A stretch of DNA of 64,000 nt from an uncultured Candidatus Rokubacteria bacterium. Its GTDB lineage: Bacteria > Methylomirabilota > Methylomirabilia > Rokubacteriales > CSP1-6. Below the pieces are notes generated by a model. The model did not search any database, was not told where the DNA came from, and saw only the letters and a list, made by a program, of their open reading frames with translations. Of the stretch, positions 59,450 through 64,000 are shown piece after piece. The position numbers and the translations under genes are program-made. Location: assembly GCA_963754315.1 (NCBI GenBank), contig CAVWFS010000007.1, positions 512,001 through 576,000 of the forward strand, given 5' to 3'. Position 1 is the first letter of the stretch. Every line of letters begins with the position of its first letter.

Positions 59450-60274
59450 TCAGGCAGCGGACCCCAGCAGCGGCGGGAGCATCCGAAGCGCGTCGGCGAG
59501 GCGTCGCCCGTGCCAGGAGAACGGCTTACCATCCACGAGGTGGATGCGGTTGTCGCGTACGGCGGGGACACCCGCGTAGGGTGCGAAGTCCTTCAGGTGA
59601 ACGCGACGGAAGCGAAACGGCTCGTCGGGCAGCAAGATCACCGACGGCGATCGTGCCGCCATCTCGTCCAGTGTCACCGCCGGGTAGCGCTCGGCACAAT
59701 CGGCGAAGATGTTGCCTGCCCCGCATGTGGTGAGGACGTCGGAGAGGTACGTGTCGGCATTGAGCGTCATGTACGGATTCCGCCAGATCGCGTAGAAGAC
59801 GGGCACCGGGGACCGCTCGGCGGCCACGGCCCGTGCGTGGGCCACCAGCGGCTGCAGCTCCTCAAGCAACACGGCGGCCCGTTCGGGTACCCCGGTCACC
59901 TCGCCCAGCTCCCGAATCATCCGCAGACTGTCATCCACGTTGCGGGGATATGTGACCCAGACGGGAATGCCCCATCCGCGCAAGGTCTCGACGTGGGCCC
60001 GGACGTTTTCCTCGACGTTGGCAATGACCAGGTCGGGGGCCAGGCGATGGATTCGCTGCAGGTCTGGATCCTTCTCTCCGCCGATGCGGGGCTTGCTGCG
60101 CACCACATCGCGCGGTTCCACACAGTAGACCGTGACCCCCACCAGCCGATCGGCCAGCCCAAGGTCGCACAGGAGTTCCGTGGTGCTGGGGATGAGCGAT
60201 ACGATCCGCCGGGGAGGGATACCGGCAGCAAACGCCACCCCGGAGGCGTCTACCAGGGGAAGGCGCCTCCTCAC
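59450..60274 (-). CDS. BtuF-like helical-backbone metal receptor without a signal peptide
   Basis: RIVSLIPSTTE, VGVT.YC..P, IGGEK, PDLVIANVEEN, PDEPFRF, VDG..FSWHG; GTGA overlap. Confidence 0.85.
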   Translation of the reverse strand: MRRRLPLVDASGVAFAAGIPPRRIVSLIPSTTELLCDLGLADRLVGVTVYCVEPRDVVRSKPRIGGEKDPDLQRIHRLAPDLVIANVEENVRAHVETLRGWGIPVWVTYPRNVDDSLRMIRELGEVTGVPERAAVLLEELQPLVAHARAVAAERSPVPVFYAIWRNPYMTLNADTYLSDVLTTCGAGNIFADCAERYPAVTLDEMAARSPSVILLPDEPFRFRRVHLKDFAPYAGVPAVRDNRIHLVDGKPFSWHGRRLADALRMLPPLLGSAA

Positions 60275-60453
60275 TGGATACGCCGGCTCCTCAACCGCTC
60301 GACGGCCGCGATGACATCTCGCATACGATCGGCCAGTTCGCGATCCCACTTCATGATCTCCTCCATCGGCGCCTTCGTGTCGATGGCATCCTCCAGATTC
60401 GTCACCGCCACCCCGAATACTTTCAGAAGCCGCCGCGTCTCTTCGGTAGGCAT
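60271..60453 (-). CDS. Hypothetical 60-aa helical protein
   Basis: GGGAGG SD; MPTEETRRLLKVFGVAVT...; stop overlaps the next start. Confidence 0.65.
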   Translation of the reverse strand: MPTEETRRLLKVFGVAVTNLEDAIDTKAPMEEIMKWDRELADRMRDVIAAVERLRSRRIQ

Positions 60454-60470
60454 CACGACCTCCCGGCCTG

Positions 60471-60839
60471 TCAATCGAGCAAGAGTTCCGGCGCGTCTGG
60501 CCAGCGTGGCTGGCCCTCGGGTTTGAAGTTCTTGGTGTTCACGAAATGCAGTCCGTGGTGCAGATTCATCTTGAACTTGCCGCCCCCGAAGCGAGCGCCG
60601 ATCCAGCCGTCGGGATCCTCCAGGAACGGCGTCAGCTCGGGCGCCGGTATCCGAACCAACCACTTGAAGCGGATGCTCCCGGCGTGGGGCGCCTGCACAC
60701 CGATGGTCGCCGTGAAATCGGGCCACACGCGGACGAACTCTTGGAGCACCTCGCGCCGCGTCGGCCGCTCGACTCCGCGATTGAGGAGATTGCGTCGGAG
60801 GTACGGCTCGATGAGATCCCAGCACCAGCCTGCGATCAC
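60471..60839 (-). CDS. Hypothetical protein
   Basis: Protein-like composition, GC-biased codons, extended -10 TGnTACACT upstream. Confidence 0.65.
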   Translation of the reverse strand: MIAGWCWDLIEPYLRRNLLNRGVERPTRREVLQEFVRVWPDFTATIGVQAPHAGSIRFKWLVRIPAPELTPFLEDPDGWIGARFGGGKFKMNLHHGLHFVNTKNFKPEGQPRWPDAPELLLD

Positions 60840-60868
60840 CGCGCCCGAAGTGTATCATGTGAACGCCC

Positions 60869-62134
60869 ATGCCCCACGCCCCGCTGGCCGGCCTCTGTTG
60901 CGTCCGCTGCGGAGCGACATTTCCCGTCGAACCACGCTTCGACGGGTGCCCGAAGTGCGCATTCGAGGTGCCCGTCAATCTGATACCGATCTACGATGAG
61001 GCCCGACGTCCGGTTTTCCGCGCCGAGGCCTTGCGCGAGCGACCGTCCACTATGTGGCGCTACGAGGAGCTTCTGCCGGTGGCGGCCGCGGACGCGGTGA
61101 GCCTCAACGAGGGTTGGACACCTCTCACGGCATGCCCACGTTATGGAACCCGGGTGGGTGTTCCGCGGCTGTTCGTGAAGGACGAATCACGAAACCCGAC
61201 CTGGTCCTTCAAGGACCGTCTGGCTACGGTGGCCGTCTCGATGGCGCGCCAGTTCGGCGCCGGTGTCATCGGGTGCAGCTCGTCGGGGAATGCGGGCGCC
61301 GCGGCGGCGGCGTACGCCGCCCGGGCGGGGCTGCCGTGCGTGGTGCTCACATTTGCCGGAGCGGCGGGCGCGATGATGACGCAGATGCAAGCGTACGGCG
61401 CCATGGTGGTGGCCACGCGCGACAAAGGGGATCGCTGGACGCTTCTTCGCCGCGGTGTCGAGCAGCTCGGCTGGTATCCCACCACGCCGTACTTCGGGCC
61501 CCCGGCGGGCTCGAACGCCTACGGTGTCGAGGGCTACAAAACCATCGCCTACGAGATCGCGGAGCAGTTGGGCTGGCAGGCACCCGCGTGGTGCGTCCTG
61601 CCTGTCGCCTATGGCGACGCGCTGGCCGGGGTCTGGCGCGGGTTCGAGGATCTGGCGCGGCTCGGGCTCATCGCGACCCTGCCGCGCATGATCGCCTCGG
61701 AGATCTACGGCTCACTGGCCGAAGCGCTGCGCACGGACGCCGCCTCGGTGCCCGTGGTGACCGCAGACCATCCGAGCATCGCCGCCTCCATCGCCACCGT
61801 GCAGTCGACCTATCAAGCCCTGCACACCCTGCGTGCCTCGAACGGACTCGCCCACCGAGTCGGCGCCGAAGACTTGGCCGCGCTCCAGGTCGAGTTAGCC
61901 TCCTTGGAGGGACTCTACGCTGAGCCCTCCTCAGTCGCCGCCTTGGCCACCATCCGCGCCATGCGGGCGAGCGGAGTGATCCGCGAGGACGACACCGTAG
62001 TGGCCTTGATGACGGCAGGCGGCCTCAAAGATCCGCCCGCCACCTCCGCTCGCACCCACGCCGTTCCCGTCATAGGTGGCGACTTCGGCGAATTCCTCAG
62101 CATCCTCCATTCAAGCTATGGATTTTCCGCGTAA
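60869..62134 (+). CDS. thrC: Threonine synthase (PLP-dependent)
   Basis: CxxC...CPxC, MWRY, EGWTPL, NPTWSFKDR, SSGNAG, EGYKT, EPSS, GLKD; may be a paralog. Confidence 0.85.
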   Translation: MPHAPLAGLCCVRCGATFPVEPRFDGCPKCAFEVPVNLIPIYDEARRPVFRAEALRERPSTMWRYEELLPVAAADAVSLNEGWTPLTACPRYGTRVGVPRLFVKDESRNPTWSFKDRLATVAVSMARQFGAGVIGCSSSGNAGAAAAAYAARAGLPCVVLTFAGAAGAMMTQMQAYGAMVVATRDKGDRWTLLRRGVEQLGWYPTTPYFGPPAGSNAYGVEGYKTIAYEIAEQLGWQAPAWCVLPVAYGDALAGVWRGFEDLARLGLIATLPRMIASEIYGSLAEALRTDAASVPVVTADHPSIAASIATVQSTYQALHTLRASNGLAHRVGAEDLAALQVELASLEGLYAEPSSVAALATIRAMRASGVIREDDTVVALMTAGGLKDPPATSARTHAVPVIGGDFGEFLSILHSSYGFSA

Positions 62135-62191
62135 CGTCGCTGCCGCAATCCGAGCGTAGAAGCGCTGGGCCGTTTCGAGGCTCCCACCAAA

Positions 62192-63685
62192 CTAGTCTCC
62201 AGCGGCGAAGGTCAGGGCGGCGGACGCCGTGAGCAGCTCGGCCCGGGTCTGAATTTCGGTGGTCCGCGCGCGCGCAAGATCACGCTGGGCCGCGAGAAGA
62301 TCGATCACGGTGGCCAGGCCTGCCGACCGGTACGACTCCAGGGTCGAGGCGTAGGCTTCCTCGGAAGCGGCCACGAGGGCAAGGGCAAATTCGTGCTTGC
62401 GTAGAGCCGTCTTCACGTCAGCGTATGACTTCCACACCTCACGGATCGTCCGGAGCTCGAGGGCTGCTAGCTCGGCCTGGGCCGCTTCCCTCTGCGAGGT
62501 AGCCTCGCGCAGCGCGTTCTCCCGCTCGAAGCCGTCGAAGAGCTTCCACTCGAAGTTGAGGAAGGCACCGTACTCTGTCTCGTTCATGCTGAAGGTGCCA
62601 GTCGGCGGGCCAGCACGGTATCGCTGCAGTGCCTGGTTCACCGAACCCGAAAAGAGCAGCTGCGGCCGAAACGCCGCCCGCGCGCGGCTGGTTTCCGCTT
62701 CCCGTGCGCGCAGCGCCGCCAGGCGGGCGGCCAGATCGGGCCGACGCGCGAGGGCACGGTCGATGACCTGCTCGACGGATTCGGCCAGACCTCCCGGTAG
62801 CGGCAGGGCGGAGAGGTCAGCCACGCGCAGCGGGACCGTGGGCGCGATGCCAAGGCTCTCGGCCAGCGCAGCCTGGGCGTCGGCGACCGCGCCGAGCGCA
62901 TCCTCGACCTCGAAGGCGGCCCGCGCCCGCTCTTGCCGCGCAAGGAGAAGCTCGGGGCGGGTGGCCAGGCCCTGAGCGAGCCGGGCCGCGACCGCGTCCT
63001 CCACCGCGACCGCCGACTCCAGGGTCACGAGGGCCGCCGTCACCCGCGCGCGGCTGGCGTCAAGGCCAAAGTAATTGCGGGAGACCGAGAAGGCCACTTC
63101 CTGGAGCTTGCGATTGAAGGAGAGGTTGGCCTGGGTAAGCTGCTGGCTCGAGCGCTCCACGGTCGAGCTGCGCCTCCCGAAGTCCAGGATGATCCAGGTG
63201 AGCTGGAGCGCCGGCGTGGCCGAAGGCCCCTCGACGGTGAACGTTCCGATGGGGGACGGACCCTGGTCGGCCTCCCTGGACGTTCCACCATTGGCCAGGA
63301 AGGTCAGGGTCGGGTAGTACGGGGCCTGAGCCCGCCCGAGCTGCGCCGCGGCCGCTCGCGCTTCCTCCCACGTGCGCCGCGTATCGGGGTTCGCCCGATG
63401 GGCGAGATCGATGAGATCGGCGAGGCCATGGATGAGCTCGGAGTCGACCTTGACGGGAGGCCCCACGCGGCCGGCTGTGGCCAGAGTGCGCTCTGACCGC
63501 GCCTGAGGCGGAGGAGTCCAGGCCGTGGTCGGCGAGGCGGGCGCGCTCGGATACGGGTCGCGAGCGATGGACCAGCCCGCGCACCCTCCACCCAGTGCCG
63601 CGATGGACGCAGCCAGGGCGACCGTTCGCCGGAGAGTTTCGTAAGGTCGTGAGCTACGGGCCGTCAGCCGCATCCGCAGACGCAC
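62192..63685 (-). CDS. TolC family outer-membrane efflux lipoprotein
   Basis: Lipobox-like GGGC, LIDLA...NP, LDFG.R, AL.RRPDL, WKLFDGF, YR.GL....DLL.AQ; start uncertain. Confidence 0.88.
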   Translation of the reverse strand: MRLRMRLTARSSRPYETLRRTVALAASIAALGGGCAGWSIARDPYPSAPASPTTAWTPPPQARSERTLATAGRVGPPVKVDSELIHGLADLIDLAHRANPDTRRTWEEARAAAAQLGRAQAPYYPTLTFLANGGTSREADQGPSPIGTFTVEGPSATPALQLTWIILDFGRRSSTVERSSQQLTQANLSFNRKLQEVAFSVSRNYFGLDASRARVTAALVTLESAVAVEDAVAARLAQGLATRPELLLARQERARAAFEVEDALGAVADAQAALAESLGIAPTVPLRVADLSALPLPGGLAESVEQVIDRALARRPDLAARLAALRAREAETSRARAAFRPQLLFSGSVNQALQRYRAGPPTGTFSMNETEYGAFLNFEWKLFDGFERENALREATSQREAAQAELAALELRTIREVWKSYADVKTALRKHEFALALVAASEEAYASTLESYRSAGLATVIDLLAAQRDLARARTTEIQTRAELLTASAALTFAAGD

Positions 63686-63720
63686 GAGGCGTTCGGCCGG
63701 TAGTGTATCCTCTCTCTGAC

Positions 63721-63981
63721 ATGCGTGTCACCCTCCGGCGCCTGGAAGCCGCCGGTCTGGTCTTCCTCGCCGGCGGCTGCGATCCTATCCTCAACATCCA
63801 GGGCTCCTTCTTCCCGGCCTGGATGGTATGCTTGGTGGTCGGCGTATCGCTCGCCTTCGTCCTGCGCTATGTGTTCGCGATCACCAGGCTCGAGCCCCAC
63901 CTCGGGCCCCTCGTATTGATCTATCCGAGCCTCGCCCTCTTGCTCACCCTCGCGACCTGGCTCCTCTTGTATCGGACGTGA
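63721..63981 (+). CDS. YtcA family lipoprotein
   Basis: LAGGC, P..NIQGSFFPAWM, L.YP.L. Confidence 0.85.
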   Translation: MRVTLRRLEAAGLVFLAGGCDPILNIQGSFFPAWMVCLVVGVSLAFVLRYVFAITRLEPHLGPLVLIYPSLALLLTLATWLLLYRT

Positions 63982-64000
63982 GCGGTGGACGAGGCTCCCG

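Noticed and set aside
59450..60860. Cobalamin riboswitch near the BtuF-like gene
   Set aside because: There is no intergenic room and no recognisable B12-box.
1..64000. Numerous long alternative-frame and antisense ORFs in the track
   Set aside because: They are Arg/Pro/Gly-rich shadows expected at high GC, overlap well-supported genes and carry no motifs.

Overview
This is a GC-rich bacterial chromosomal window; the gene content resembles soil Rokubacteria/Methylomirabilota, but that placement is inference only. (1) 1-11.7 kb is a phosphate-themed block on the minus strand: a DksA/TraR-like gene, glpQ, a GAK-type operon (PHP protein, three amphi-Trp proteins, PhoU-kinase fusion, ATP-grasp enzyme, HprK-related kinase), a degenerate PhnC-like ATPase, ppx, ppa, a truncated GH3-like gene and a hydrolase. 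It carries Pho-box-like and NrdR-box-like sites. (2) 11.7-27.2 kb is a metal-uptake island: TonB, a TonB-dependent receptor, a BNR/sialidase-fold protein, cytochrome c, CopC, a His-tipped outer-membrane barrel, two Zn/Mn ABC sets, DUF1007 and an RcnA-like transporter. Three of its modules are each preceded by a His-rich membrane leader ORF ending in the ribosome-arrest motif RAPP, and one of them has a 10-bp perfect anti-SD helix over the next gene's ribosome-binding site. This is the strongest candidate for an undescribed regulatory system. (3) 27-64 kb holds catabolic and housekeeping genes: acyl-CoA enzymes, fumC, an IlvD/Edd dehydratase, purEK, F420-type oxidoreductases, a CoxLMS-like molybdoenzyme, thrC, TolC and YtcA. 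A triple-hairpin miniature repeat occurs twice, once inserted in frame inside a gene. Nine apparent frameshifts are all +1 and are most likely sequencing errors. No tRNA, rRNA, CRISPR array, transposase or integrase was recognised.
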